A DNA stretch of 64,000 bases. It comes from the human T2T-CHM13v2.0 reference genome, Homo sapiens. The stretch lies in NCBI RefSeq assembly GCF_009914755.1, contig NC_060925.1; one strand, given 5' to 3'. The position numbers and the translations under genes were made by a program. Positions within the stretch are counted from its first letter, which is position 1; each line of letters begins with the position of its first letter. Below the pieces are notes generated by a model. It had not been told where the DNA came from, searched no databases, and saw nothing but the letters and a program-made list of their open reading frames with translations. Shown here piece after piece: positions 1-16,320 of the stretch.

Positions 1-1541
1 TAGTTGCCATATCTCTTGAGTTTCCTTTAAATTGTAATAGTTCTTCAGCCTTTCTCATAACATTGGCATTTTTTGAAGAATATATTTATCGAATGTTTCT
101 CAGATTAGACTTGTCCATGTCCTTGAGATTAGATTTCAGTTATGGGTTCCCAGCTCAACTTCTTGTCAGTAATGTTGTGTCCTTCCCGGAGTATCATCAC
201 ATCCAGAGGCACATGATGTCTCTCTTTTCCCCATTGGTGATAATAATTTTGATGTACTCAGTTAAGGGATTGTCCAGTTCTTCACACAATATAGTTACTT
301 ATTTTTTTTTCTTGTAACTAGTAAGCAGTCTGTGAGGAAAAACTGTTTTTGTTTTTTTACTTTTTTCTAATTAATGTCTTTGTAGGAAATTTAAAAATAT
401 ACAGGTAAGCTAAAGTTAGGGAAAAATTGTCATAAACCTAGCGATAACCACATTTTAGTGTATGTTGGTTCATCTCTCTTCTTTATGTTATAATAATGAT
501 TACCAAAAAGGACTATACCTTAAATACTGTTTGGTAAATTGCTTCATTCATTTAGCAGTATATTATAAATATTTTTTTCATGTGTCATTAAGTATTACAG
601 TATTTTAATGGCTGCATAGTTTTCCATTGTGTAGCAGTCACTTGCCTATAGATTGTTCTGTGATGTTCAGTTTAGCCTCACATTCCAGGTACAAGAGATC
701 CTTAGTGGCTGTCCCCTAGGGGTTAGGGAATCTCTTAAACCCAGGAGCCTCCAAGCATGGAATCTTGATGTCTGTCTTATCCCATCAGCACTGCCATGTT
801 GTTTTTCTGTTCTGCTGTTCCACACTAATATGCTATGTTCCTTTCTCTGACCATTCCTAGGTCCACAGTAGCACACTTTTGTCAAATATTTAAACCTATT
901 TCTGATTCACTTGGGTTGTTTTCATGCTTTAACTGCTAATATTGTATCCAGATGTTGGTTTTCTTGTTTGTCTTATTGCAAATATAGGCTATAATGAGTT
1001 AAGTGAACTTTTATGGGGTAGTCTTCTGAGTAGAGCATCTGGCCAAAATACCTCATACCCACCAAAAACAAAAACACAAAATATTTGGAGAGCACAGTTT
1101 ATCTTTTTATTTGGAACTTCTTTGCTATTACCTGAATTTCTAGTTAACCTATATTCGTATTTTGGGTCAGGTATCTTAGGAGATCTCAGCTCTTGTCTAT
1201 TAGGATTACTTAGCAAATTATCTTAGTGAACTTTCTGTACAGGAGATAAAGCATAACCTTTAAATGCATTATTTTATAGATTTTTCTCCCTTTAATATTT
1301 AATCATTTGAAAGTCTCTCTTCTACAAGTTGTTTAGTTTCAAGCTGTTCAGGTATATGGAAATATAACCTTTCTGTATAGATGTGGGACAGTTTACAAAT
1401 GAATCAGCCCATACTTTCATAGTTTAGTTCAAATGTGACAAAATTATATTTGGAAGACTTAGGTGTAGAATCTCTTTTTATTGACTGAAGGCAAAACAAT
1501 TTTAACTTAAGTGAATGAAGTAACTTTGTTATTTTTAAACA

Positions 1542-1853
<312 letters not shown>

Positions 1854-1898
1854 TGAGAAATAACGTCTGCTATTTTATAGATGATGATGTAATAGTGA

Positions 1899-2080
1899 TA
1901 CCCTGTCTCTAAAAAAATGTAAACAGTTAGCTGGGCATGGTGGTGCACACCTCAGCTACTCAGAAAGCTGAGGTGGTGGGAGGATTGCTTGACCCCAGGA
2001 ATTGGAGGCTGCAGTGAGCTAAGATTGTGCCACGTGCTCCAGCCTGCATGACAGAGCAAGACCCTGTCTCTTAAAAAAAA
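1899..2080 (+). mobile_element. AluJ/FRAM-like right-arm fragment
   Basis: Right monomer with A tail. Confidence 0.8.
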
Positions 2081-2326
2081 GGCTACTGTGATGTTGAGTC
2101 ATGTTGAAAGATCTTGTCATTTATAACACAAAGAAAAGTAAATAAAATATTAAAGCATATATTTGGCATATTTAATGTGAACTTTTCTGTGTGCAAAGTA
2201 TAGAAAGGTCTTTGAAGGACGTACTAAAAGAATAAACTCGTATCTCTGTCTTTTAGAACTTGTAGTACTTTTATAATATCGTATAAGCCTCTCTGTTATA
2301 CTTCAACATTATTAAATACTATTGAC

Positions 2327-2540
<214 letters not shown>

Positions 2541-2689
2541 TACTATTGACATGTACATTTGTAAATAGTTACGAAAAGTTTATATTCTTTAAGGTATGCT
2601 TTGCTATATTTTAAAATATGTAATGGATTTTAATGTGACCTTAATTTTCATGAAATACATGGGTGACAATTTATTTTAAAAGCAGAGAA

Positions 2690-3052
<363 letters not shown>

Positions 3053-3183
3053 TTACAAATATTTTAATATTGTTCCTGGTCTGTATTACATTTTTTTAAG
3101 TAAAAGTAATAAATTGTATATTTTGATATGTAAAGTAAGTTAAAGATATAACTCCTTTACCTATTAAATTAAAATCTTTTTCT

Positions 3184-3200
3184 TAGCACTAGGGGGCACC
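3184..3200 (+). promoter_or_regulatory. Candidate CTCF motif
   Basis: tagcactagggggcacc resembles the CCACTAGGGGGCRC core. Motif match only. Confidence 0.4.
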
Positions 3201-3844
3201 CCTGATTTATAAATTCATGTTATACTTAATGTTGCCTAGAAAGTGGAATGAAATGTAATTATTTGAAAAATATTTTGCAAACTGAGTGCTATGTTCAAAG
3301 AGAATCTGGATTATCAGCTGGTTTTGTTGCATAGCAGTATAAATATAAGTTGATTCTTAATACTATAAGGATAATGAAGCTTATAGAATAAGATAGTTTA
3401 GATGGGAGGAAATTGTTTTGTAGTTTATTCATTTTCACGTTGATTTTCTAAGTAGGTGCGTTAAATGGTTTTAAAACTTCATGATTTTGAATATATTTCT
3501 GTTTTAAAAATCCTAGCACGATGTTCTGCTCTTAGCAGGTACCTAGGCTGTATCTGAATAAATTAAGATAAATTCAAGATGTGACTGAAGGCTGCTATCA
3601 TTAGTAATAATTTTTAAGCATTTCAAAACCAAGAGCATGTTTTACTACTTCTAGGAAACAGATCTTAGCCATTCTCATTCATTGTGTTTGCAATTAGGAT
3701 TTTTAGTAATGCCCAGCAACAATTGCTTCCCAAAGGTGTATTTCTAAGGTTTTGTCTTTTCTTTTTTATTTAAGAGACTCTGTTGAATTTAAGCTTTATG
3801 GGAATTAAGCAGATAGTAACATCTGCATCATCATTACATCATAG

Positions 3845-4040
3845 TAATAGCATATTTACCATGTGCCAACACTGTTTTAGGTGCTTTGTGTATATTATCT
3901 CATTTCGCTTCACCACAACTCTATGAAGTAGGTACTTATTATCCCTATTTTATAGATGAGAAAACTGAGTACAGAAAAGTTAAAATTTCCTGGGTTTACA
4001 CAGAGGTAATGTGGTTCCAAAATTTGTGCTTTTAAATCAC
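3845..4040 (-). mobile_element. MIR
   Basis: Core ttttatagatgagaaaactgag and ccatgtgcca..actgttttaggtgcttt. Confidence 0.75.
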
Positions 4041-4581
4041 TATATCCTATATTGCTTCTCCAGAGAAAGGAAACTTAGCATTGAAGTAATTATTATTAAC
4101 ATTTAAAACTCAGCTTTTAAAGTGAATGTAGCATAGAGTACCTAATTTATAGACACTTACCATTTCTCTTATGAAAAACGTCATAGATCTTTAAAGTTGA
4201 AAAGGGATCTTAAAGTTCATTTACCACTGTCATTTTACAAAGAGGAAGAAATTCTGTCCTAGAGGTAAAGTTACCTACTCAGTTTATATGACAGGTTATT
4301 TATGGAAAGGTATTAGAACTTCAAGTAAGTACTCTGACTTCCAGTAAAGTGGAAAATCTGTGTTGTGAAAAGAATATTTGACTAGAATTTTGATGGCTTG
4401 AAACTTGTTCTTGGCTCCTTATTTACCATCCTGTGTCCTCAGAAGCTCTGTGTTTGTTTGTTATGTGGGTATATCTTCCCTAATTAGTGTTATTGGTAGT
4501 TGTGCAAATCAACATAATGTATTAAAGATATTTAATAAACTTTAAAGTCCTATACAAATAAACATAGTGTATATTATGGTA

Positions 4582-4929
4582 CAGTAAAGCCACCATATCC
4601 ATGGGTTCTACATCTGGATTCAAACAAATCTGAGTTGAAAATACTTGGGGCAAAAAAAAAAAAAAAAGGATGGTTGCATCTGTACTGAACATGTACAGAC
4701 TTTTCCTTGCTATAATTCCCTAAAAAATACAATATAACAACAATTTACATAGCATTGGCACTGTATTAAGTATTATGAGTAATCCGGAGATGATTTAAAG
4801 TATACAAGAGGATGTGTATAGGTGATATGCAAATACTGCACCATTATATAAGGGCCTTAAGCATCGGTGGATTTTGGTATCTATAGTAGATCCTGGAACA
4901 AATCCCCCATGGATACTGAGAGATGATTG
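4582..4929. mobile_element. MER2 (Tigger-family MITE)
   Basis: TA-flanked, with imperfect TIRs cagtaaagccaccatatccatggg / cccatggatactgagagatgattg, ~350 bp. Confidence 0.8.
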
Positions 4930-5417
4930 TATTTTTATGACATGTAGTTCATAATATTTTAAGTATTTGTGATATGTTGGTAATCTAGATCACTAGCTGT
5001 GATAAGCTTATTCAGTATTGTTGATTTACAGGTGTCATTTGGATCGCTAAAAATTTATTGTGTTGTGGTATGTGTTACTTTGCCACCTGTGTTTTTACAC
5101 ATTTTATTTACTTTAAGAAAGTTGTACATTTGATTTTTTTCCCTCGCAATACCCACTTAGCGAAAAGTTATGCTTTTGCTTTGCTTATGAAGAACATAAC
5201 AATAACATCTATTGAATACTGTTTATTTGGTGTTCTGATTGTTTGAAAAGAGCATACAAGATTGTCCTCAGTTTGGATTTAGCGACTGAGCTAAGATAAT
5301 AAATAGAGTTTAGTGAAGTTGAAATTTTTGTTTCTTGGCATGGTGGTAGGCATAGAGTTGTTTTCTTGAACTTCGAGGAAGACATTTGCTTAACTTTTTT
5401 TTTTTTTTACAGGAATA

Positions 5418-5505
5418 ATGTATTTGTGGCCTTGGACATGAGGCAGTCAGTCCTCTGTTGCTGTTAACATAAGGTCAGGGACTGATGAGGAAAGCATGGA
5501 CCTAA
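5418..5505 (+). promoter_or_regulatory. Three upstream ORFs in the RALGPS2 5' UTR (5418-5441, 5438-5467, 5485-5505)
   Basis: Direct reading gives MYLWPWT*, MRQSVLCCC* and MRKAWT*. The third overlaps the main ATG out of frame. Confidence 0.6.
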
Positions 5506-5552
5506 TGAACGGGCAGGCAAGCAGTGTCAATATTGCAGCTACTGCTTCTGAG
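5496..5552 (+). CDS. RALGPS2: RALGPS2 coding exon 1 (whole exon 5413-5552), MDLMNGQASSVNIAATASE
   Basis: Poly-T tract plus acag acceptor ending 5412. ATG in strong context (agcATGg) at 5496. Donor GAG|gtaaga at 5552/5553. Peptide matches the RALGPS2 N-terminus as I recall it and joins in frame to the next exons. Confidence 0.95.
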
Positions 5553-5667
5553 GTAAGATATTTAAGAAGCTTGGGTGTAAAGTTTCTTACCTGGCTTTCT
5601 AATTTTTCAAGCATTATGTTTGTTCACATACTTAAATCAGAAGTGCATTTAGTGCAGAAATACACAT

Positions 5668-7576
<1,909 letters not shown>

Positions 7577-8446
7577 AGAAATACACATATTTTAACTTTT
7601 ATTTTAGTGATTCGTATGTTCCCTGTGCATCATAGGTATACTTAATCCTTATCTACTTAAGATACTTGAAAAATAATGACAAATAATGGTAACTCATAAA
7701 ACTCTTTATTTTTAAAAGAAACATAGAATTTCTTTTTAGAGTATTTTTACATTACATCATCCTTGAGGGCAATAATGCAAGTAAGGCAAAGAAAGATTCT
7801 TTTACTTGGAATCACTAAATTTTGGACCCATCTAGATCCCTTGATTCCACATATATTAGAGGAAACAAAAGAACCGTTAGGCTGGAATGTTGTAAGGGCT
7901 TACTCTGCTGATGTAGTTTAGCATTTAAGATGGAGATGTGAAGACTGAACTAGATGCTCACCCCTCTAGTTAATATATTATGATTGTATTTTTGCCCCAA
8001 CTTTTTTATTTTTTTCTTTGTGTATAAATCTAGGGAACTTGCCTGCTTTCCTTAATAACTTTAGCATCTGGCTTCTATATTTCTTATTTTTCTCTTAGTA
8101 TATTGGATGAGAATAATGTTTATGACCCTTTAACACCTTGACCTCAAAGTTCCTTAATAGCCCCAACTCCATTTTGCCCCAGCTAGTTACTTAGGCCTTG
8201 ATATCACTGAAAATAGTCTAAGTCTATGGTTTCAATTGTTTTTGTTATGTAGATGATTTATTTTTATCTCTAGCCCTGGCTTCCCTCATGAATTTTATTA
8301 AGCATTTTTGATGGACCAGACATTTTAATGTCCACAAAATCAAGTTTCTTATTACTGTTCTGCTCCACAACCATAAAGAAAATAGTCCAAGCCTTTTCTC
8401 TAACTTAGGTTAATAGCATCACATTTCCATAGCCATCTAAGTTTAA

Positions 8447-8774
<328 letters not shown>

Positions 8775-8794
8775 TAATTTTTGCCCACCACAAC

Positions 8795-9010
8795 CATTGT
8801 CTCATCATAGCAGAGAGAATCTGCTAGCAAGACAGAAGTTACAATCTTATATAACGTAATCATGGAAGTGACATCTCATCTCCTTTTCCATATTCTGCTG
8901 GTTAGAAACAAGTCACAGGTTCTGCCCACACTCAAGGGGAGAGGATCACACAGGGTTGAGAATACCAAGAGATAGAGATCTTTAGCAGCTATCTTAGAGC
9001 CTGTCCACTG
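8795..9010. mobile_element. MLT1-type MaLR LTR fragment
   Basis: catggaagtgacatc..cacaggttctgcccacactcaaggggagagg motif typical of old MLT1 LTRs. Confidence 0.6.
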
Positions 9011-10689
9011 TGCTTTATCTCTGGGATCCAGTACTTTTCTCCTTATTTCTATTACTGTACTACCATGTTAGTTTGGTCGTTTATTATTTCTTGTCTAGAT
9101 TAGTGCCATGACCTTTTAGTTGGGTGTTGCACTTATATTTTCTGTTGTTTCTGATCCTTCAACTGAAATTTAAGTTTAATATTCTTAAAATACAGCTCTT
9201 AAACTTTATCTTTTCTCAAAACTGTCTGTGGTTCCTCATTGCCTACTAATTAAATTTAAATGCCCACTGAGCCTTTTATTCAAGACTTTCTTCAAAATGG
9301 CCCCAAATTTTTGGATTTAACCCCTACTAATCCTCTACTTGAAACTTAACAGTCTAATGAGAGAATACTACATTTGCTGTTGTCTGTATAAACTATTACA
9401 TTTTCCTTCTTCTGTCATAACTTTGCCTATACCAATGTTTCTAGCTGGAATTTTTCTTCCCATTCTGGTGTGTCCCCTCCCCATCACTGCACACACAAAA
9501 AGTTTTGTCTTTCAAACATATTTCAAATGCTATGCTTTTAATAAAGCCTCTCCTAATCCCTTAAACAGATGGGAGCTTTCCTATTTTTAAAACTGTCACT
9601 TAGAAAAATCTCTTTCTGTAATTTTCTCCGTAAATGTATGCATAGCTTTTTTATATTTACAACCATAAGATTATGTTTATATATATGTTTGTAATATATG
9701 TTTGTTTTCTTTGTATATTTATAACCATATTTCTTGAATATGTTATATATATATATATGTATGTGTATATTTTTAACTATATATCCAGAAATACCTGTTC
9801 TAGTATCATAGGAAGCAGAATACAAATATTTGTTAAATAAAATAGATCATTTCACTTGTACAAACAATTCTGTTGACTTTACCAAAAGTGAATTAATTAC
9901 ATCAGGCTTCAGAGTAGTATAATTAGCAGTTATAAAGTAAGAGTGAAAAAAGTCTGCCCTTTAAATTGTCCATTTATTGTGGCAAGAAAATAAAATTAAA
10001 AATCTGTATTTTCCACCTTCTCTCAAATTATAGGTCTAGTAACATCAAAGTACAAATTTCTTATAGAAGTGATAAGCTTACAGAATGGATAAAATACTTT
10101 ATCCTTTTATATTTAACTCGTGTTTGAAGTTTCCGTCAGTAGGAGAATTACAGTGAACTTGTTTTCAGACATTTAGAAGACATTTAGAAGTTTTTGAGTC
10201 ATGCCTTGAATGAATTATTGCTATTCTCCTGGTGAACATTATTGCTTAGTGTCTTATCATTACCAATTTATTACTGGTATTAGGGAAGCATGTCAAAATG
10301 CACACTAGTAATTTTTAAGCCTCTAATGGCCATTAAGAAGGAAAAAAGAGAAGTGTTTATTCTTTTTGATAAGCAATAAAATTGTCATGATGGTTTACTA
10401 ACTTGGATGAGTTAAAAACTTGGAGAAAATTACTGATTTATGTTTATGATTCATGTGTTCACCTGACAGAATGCATCTGGTTATTTGGACAGCTATTGGA
10501 TTAGTGTATACTGTTTAACTGATGTCTATTTGAATACTTAACATTATGAAAAAAATGTTTTATTAGTTTTGGGATGTAAAATAATATTGTTGACATACTA
10601 TAAACTAGTCATAGTTACAGAGATTAAACACAAGAAATAAAACTCCATTTTGTTTATGAGACTTGAGGTTTCTGCTTGGATTCATTCAC

Positions 10690-12215
10690 TGGAATTCAGG
10701 TTTCTGCTCAGATTTGTAAAGAGCTTAGAATTCATCACTCCTGTCCTCACAATAGGAAAAAAGCTAAACAAACTGAAAATCAATAACTCCTCTTAGCTTT
10801 ATCAGAGAATTGCTATAACAGAGCACATTTAACAGTGATGCCCTGAAACCTGGAGAGAGAGGCAAATAGAGAATCACAGCTTACGGGAGCAGAAGTCAGT
10901 GGAGCCACGTAAACCCTAATTGATGAACTGCTGGAGACAGTGTGTGGACTAGCTTGAAAGTTAAAAACTCCTTGGGTGTCCAGTCTTAGATTCTTCTCAC
11001 CCTCTGCTTTTGTGATTTTTATTACCTCTAGGATGCCCACCAGTTTTTCACAGTAAAGACAGAGAAAAATTCACTTCTGCTTCTAGCAGGAGGAGGAAAG
11101 AAGCAGCCATTTTGAAATACACCCAGATAGAAAGTAACCATATTGAAATATGCCCAGAGCATTCTGTTCTCCACCTGCCCTCAAGGGAAACTACTTCACC
11201 AGAGCCTAACCTACTTGGGAGAGGAAAAATCCTCAACTTGAAGCCCCTCTAGACTTCCTGTCTCACCTAAGCAGAGCCAGGGGGACAGAGAAGCATTTGT
11301 GAAGGTCATAGCCTGGGGACACACTCAGTGAAAGACTGAAACCTAATCTTAGGACTATAGGGCACTCCCCCCCAGCAACCCCTCAAATACACACACACAC
11401 CCTGCCTTCCCCCACCACATCAGCAGGGCTCCTGTATAATACTAAGATTTCAGCTGAAAGAACTGCAAGGCTCAGACTGTAAGAAGAGATTTCTAGGGAA
11501 AACCAAAGACAACAGAGGATAAAAAAATGATACTAGAGGAAATTGAAGACTCAGACACCTATAACAACACCAAATTATAAGCACAGCATAATGCCTAGCA
11601 TGATAAAAATAAACCCTTACAGTAAAGGCCTATTCAACCTGAGTTCCTATTACCCAATATACCATTTCTAGCTTTCAACAAAAAATTACAAGCCATGCTA
11701 AAAGGCAAGGAAAAAACACAATTTGAAGAGGTACATCAAGCAACAGAACCACACTCATGAGGCAGAGATTTCACAATTATCAGACTGGGAGTTAAAATTA
11801 ACTGTCATTAATATGCCAAAGTCTCTAATGAAAAAAAGCGTACAGCATGCGAGAACAAATGGATAATATAGGCAGGGATATTAAAACTATTAAGAATTGA
11901 AAAGAAATGCTAGGATTCAAAAGCACTGTGACAAAAACGAAGAATGCCTTTGGTGAGCTAACCAGTACCAGTAGACTGGTGACCAATAGACAGCCAAGGA
12001 AAGAATCAGTGAACTGGAAGACTTGTCAGTAAAACTTCCCAAACTGAAATGCAAAGAGAAAATAGAATGAAAAAAAAAATCCAGAATAGCCCAGGACTGT
12101 AGGACAGTGACAAAAGGTGTAGCATATGCATAATGGGAACACCAGAAAGACAAGAGAAAGAAGCAGAAGAAATATTTGAAGTAATAATAGTTGAGAATTT
12201 TTTAAAGTTAAGGAC
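10690..12215 (+). mobile_element. Old L1M 5'UTR/ORF1 fragment
   Basis: A-rich ORF1 remnants (aaagaatcagtgaactggaagac; gcagaagaaatatttgaagtaataatagttgagaattt). Confidence 0.65.
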
Positions 12216-13148
12216 AGATCCCTTTCTTTGTAATGATCGTGGCTCGATACTTCGTATTTAGCTGCTACTAAAAGGGAGGAAAAGCAAAAATGAGGCATAA
12301 TGACAAGTGCTTAAAACTAATACATAATAGCTGGTGGGTTGATCTGTGTGTACTGTGCTAATTGAAACTTTGATTAATTTTTTTGCTGTTATCTGTAGCC
12401 TCATATCCTACCACCATTTAATAGAGCCTGATCTAAATATTCTCATATTGATGTTCCTCTGAATTTAGCCAGCTGATACAGAATATATTATTATGTCATG
12501 GCACAGACGAAGTGGAAAATTTTTAACAGTAATAAGATTTTCAGGGCCAAAATCCACCTTTCATTCTATGTATAGCCACAACATATTCAAACTTGAAACA
12601 GTAATTTTTAAGCAGGGAAAACTTAAATTTGTAATATAATAGGAAGAATAGTATTAATTGTACTATCACAAACAGATCACATAACTAAGAATGGATTATA
12701 TGTAACTCTTTAATTAACAGCATTCTGAATATTTTCTGATAACTTGTTATAAAGCTAGTTTGTCTTTTTCTTAATAAAAATTAGTTTAAAAAATTGTAAG
12801 TAAGTGTATAGCCTTCTCCCCTGACTTCCCTTTACCTTATTTGAGAATCATTGAACTAGTTAAAATCATTTATTTCTATAGGAAATGATAGGTTGTCAGG
12901 ATGAGGAAACTGACACACAAGAAAATGACTCATTCAAGAACCTAAAAATTTAAAGTCACAGTTTTAGATTTCAAGTTGTCTGACCCTTTATCTGGTACTC
13001 TAACAACTAAGCAGCATGTTGTGCTCAGCTTTTCTGCAGCATTTGTTAACCTACTGTTTTGTTTTCTCAGTTTTTAAGGCCAATCTAGTTTCTATCACTT
13101 GATTGTGAGACAGTATGTAAAAGGCTGCATTTTCTTTCACTTTAACAG

Positions 13149-13253
13149 AAAAGTAGCAGCTCTGAATCCTTAAGTGACAAAGGCTCTGAATTGAAGAAAA
13201 GCTTTGATGCTGTGGTATTCGATGTTCTTAAGGTTACACCAGAAGAATATGCG
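13149..13253 (+). CDS. RALGPS2: RALGPS2 coding exon 2, KSSSSESLSDKGSELKKSFDAVVFDVLKVTPEEYA
   Basis: tttaacag| acceptor, GCG|gtaagc donor, 105 nt, phase 0-0, open frame. Confidence 0.95.
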
Positions 13254-14287
13254 GTAAGCCTCCTACCTCTGTCTTCTCCGGTTTTGCACATAATTTACAT
13301 ATTGGTGCTATTGAGTTAGAATTTGTAGGTCCAGCAAAAGAGACAGCTTTTAGAAACCTGGATATGGGAATTATTGGGGAAAATAGTACAGCTGTGGAGC
13401 AAACAGAGGGATGAAGTGGGAAAAGTAAGAAAAGCTGTACATTTTTTTTTAGGGCAACTTTATAAGTTACACTTCAATTTGGTAAGTAGCAATATGTATT
13501 TACCATTATGGTAATTGCTGTCATCCCTCTATACCATTTCTCTAAGCCAACTGTATTTTGTTGACATATCTAAGAAACATTTTCACTGGTTTTTTTAATT
13601 AAAAAATTGAAAAATGAAATATGAAGGTGTTATTAGATGAAAGGTATCTAGAAAAACATTTATTTCTTAATATAAATTTATTTGTTTTCTCATTCTCCTT
13701 TAATTTGTTAACAGAATATATTGATTTCCTAATGTTAAACCATTCCTGCATTCCAGAGATAAACTGTGCTTGGTCATAGCATATTATTCCTTGATAGTGT
13801 TGACTTTTGTCTTATATCTATAGCCATAAGTGGGATAGGTCCATAGCATATAAAGCTCTTAGATATAATGTTGGCTTTAGTGTAGTTTCATTATTTTTTT
13901 ATAAGTTAGGAAGAAAACCTTTTTAGTAATATCTGATTTTATACCACTGTTTGAGGAGCTGTAATCATCATAACAAGAACACTGCTATGTGAACTAATAA
14001 ATCTGGTTTTTATTTTTTGATTATAATTTAATGTGACTGTCCAAATTTTTAAAATTATTTTTATTTTTTAACTTTACACAATTTATCTTCCAAGAAAATA
14101 TAAATAGACATGAGATCATTAGAAATAATTCTATTTAATGGTACAGGGGCTAAATTTTGTTTTCCATAAGCCCTTATAAAATTGAGTATTTGGTAATATT
14201 TTAGTATAGAATATAATTTTAATTTAGGTTACATGTTATGGTATAGAATTCCAAAGAAGAAATTGTCATTTTTACTTTATATTTCAG

Positions 14288-14338
14288 GGTCAGATAACAT
14301 TAATGGATGTTCCAGTATTTAAAGCTATTCAACCAGAT
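14288..14338 (+). CDS. RALGPS2: RALGPS2 coding exon 3, GQITLMDVPVFKAIQPD
   Basis: atttcag| acceptor, GAT|gtaagt donor, 51 nt. EYAGQITLMD matches the CDC25-domain motif E-x-A-x-Q-L-T-L-x-D. Confidence 0.95.
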
Positions 14339-14537
14339 GTAAGTAGTTTTGAGAATGTTCCTTTTAAATATAGAAAACGATCAATCTCAAATTAAGTGTT
14401 TTAGAAATGTCAAATTATACTTCATATTAATTTTAAAATGTTTGAAGCTTGTGTTGTAACTTATCTACATACTGTTTGGGCCTCAGAAACCCACGTGGCA
14501 TTCATAGCAATACATTATTGAGTCATAGATAGGACTA

Positions 14538-14950
14538 TACTTGACATCTGAACAAAGCGGAGGTTAGGAGCATTGACACTTGCTCAGTGAAAACTCTTTC
14601 TATAACTTTTGATTCCCTGCAAACTTAACTTCAAATAGCCTGATGTTGACCAAAAGCCTTACTGGTAACATAAACAATCAACTAACACATATTTTGTATG
14701 TTATATGTATTTTGTACTCGGTTCTTACAATAAACTAGAGAAAAAATGTTACTAAGAAAATCATAAGGAAGAGAAACAATATTTACTATTCATTCAGGGG
14801 AAGCGGATCATCATAAAGGTCTTTATCCTCATTAGCCTCACATCGAGTAGACTGAGGAAGAAGGGAGATTTGTTCTGCTATCTCAAGGGTGGTAGAGGTG
14901 GAAGAAAATCCGTGTATAAGTAGACCCATGTGTTGTTTACAGGTCAGCTG
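14538..14950 (-). mobile_element. Tigger2a-like MITE
   Basis: Tigger2-type termini (..aggtcagctg followed by TA). Internal sequence shared with the other Tigger2 copies (aagccttact..taacataaac). Confidence 0.75.
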
Positions 14951-16016
14951 TATTTGAATCATTTTGATTGATTTGGCTGCATTACTTACTGGAGGAAATA
15001 GACTTAGGGAAGTTGAATGATTTACCTATTGCTTTGAAGCTTTTTAATGGGAAGATGGAAATTTGAAACTGGGTTTCACCACTAACTCTAGTAATCTTTT
15101 CCCTTATATCTTTATTTTATGACTTAATAATATGACTGCGTTGACATTTTGGAGAGGAGAGAAAGGATCAAGAAACACATCATTTGTTTCTAATGAAAAC
15201 AAAGGGACTGGCGTTATGCATCTATCCACTATAAGCATGGGGGTGTGTGTGTGTATAGTGTTCCTATCATTTTAACATCCTGAGTATGATAGTATCTCTG
15301 TTTTACTGATGAGGAAACAGTGACAATTGTCTTTGGTACACAACTAAGTGGTGGAACTGGGTTTCAGACTCTAAAATCTGATTTTTTTTAACCTCTCATC
15401 TAGTATATCAATGTGATTTTGTATTCCAAAACAAAGTCATTGATAATCCTGAAATTCAATACTACAAAATAGATACAATTTTAGTTCTTTCGGGAACAAA
15501 ATATAGTGTATTCATTGTGCTATATACAAGTCTGTAGTGGCCCTGAACACTGTAATGACTATGAGTTTCCATTTATGTCCTACATGATGTAGGTAGTATT
15601 AGTCCTGTGATTTTCAAGTAAGTTACTTCCTGTCTTAGTATCTCAAATTCGATACCTATAAATGAAGGGGTGGGCCGAAATGATCGTCAGTTCCCATCAT
15701 TTCCACAATTCTGTGTTTTCCTAACTTTTCCCCCATACCTCAGAGGGCTCTCTAAGTAGAACCATTGGATTAGCAATAGAAGAAGAACAATGTATTCTAT
15801 AAATAAAGCACAAGAAGAAAATGGCTTTTGTATTTAAATGGCAAAAAGAAAAAACCAGAAATACTTATTTCTTCTCCTCCCTGAAAAAAAAAATCAAAAA
15901 AATGAAATTCTTTATGCAAATTACGTTTTTGACCTAAAATTCACCTGTCTTCTTCTTAGGTGTATTTTTTCCTTTTGAATGAACTGCAACAGTTGTATTG
16001 CTGCTTTATATGAGAT

Positions 16017-16320
16017 CAGTGCTGTCTAGCAGAAATATAGTATAAGCCATTTATATAACTTTGTTTTCTGGTAGCCACATTATAAGGTAAAAAGAAAGAT
16101 GAAATTGATTTTAATGATTTTATGTAACCTGCTACATACAAAATATTATCGTTTCAACTTGTAATCAGTGTAAAAAATTATTGAGATATCTTACATTCTT
16201 TTTTCTCCGCTAAGCCTTCAAATCCAACATATACAACAATTGCAGTACATCTTTATTTGGAGTAGCTATATTTCAAGTGCTTAGTAGCCATTGGTGGCTA
16301 GGAGCTTGGATATTGAAGAT
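16017..16320. mobile_element. MER33-like hAT MITE
   Basis: cagtgctgtc..agaaatata start and gtagccacatt/tggtggcta internal palindromic motifs. Confidence 0.65.
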
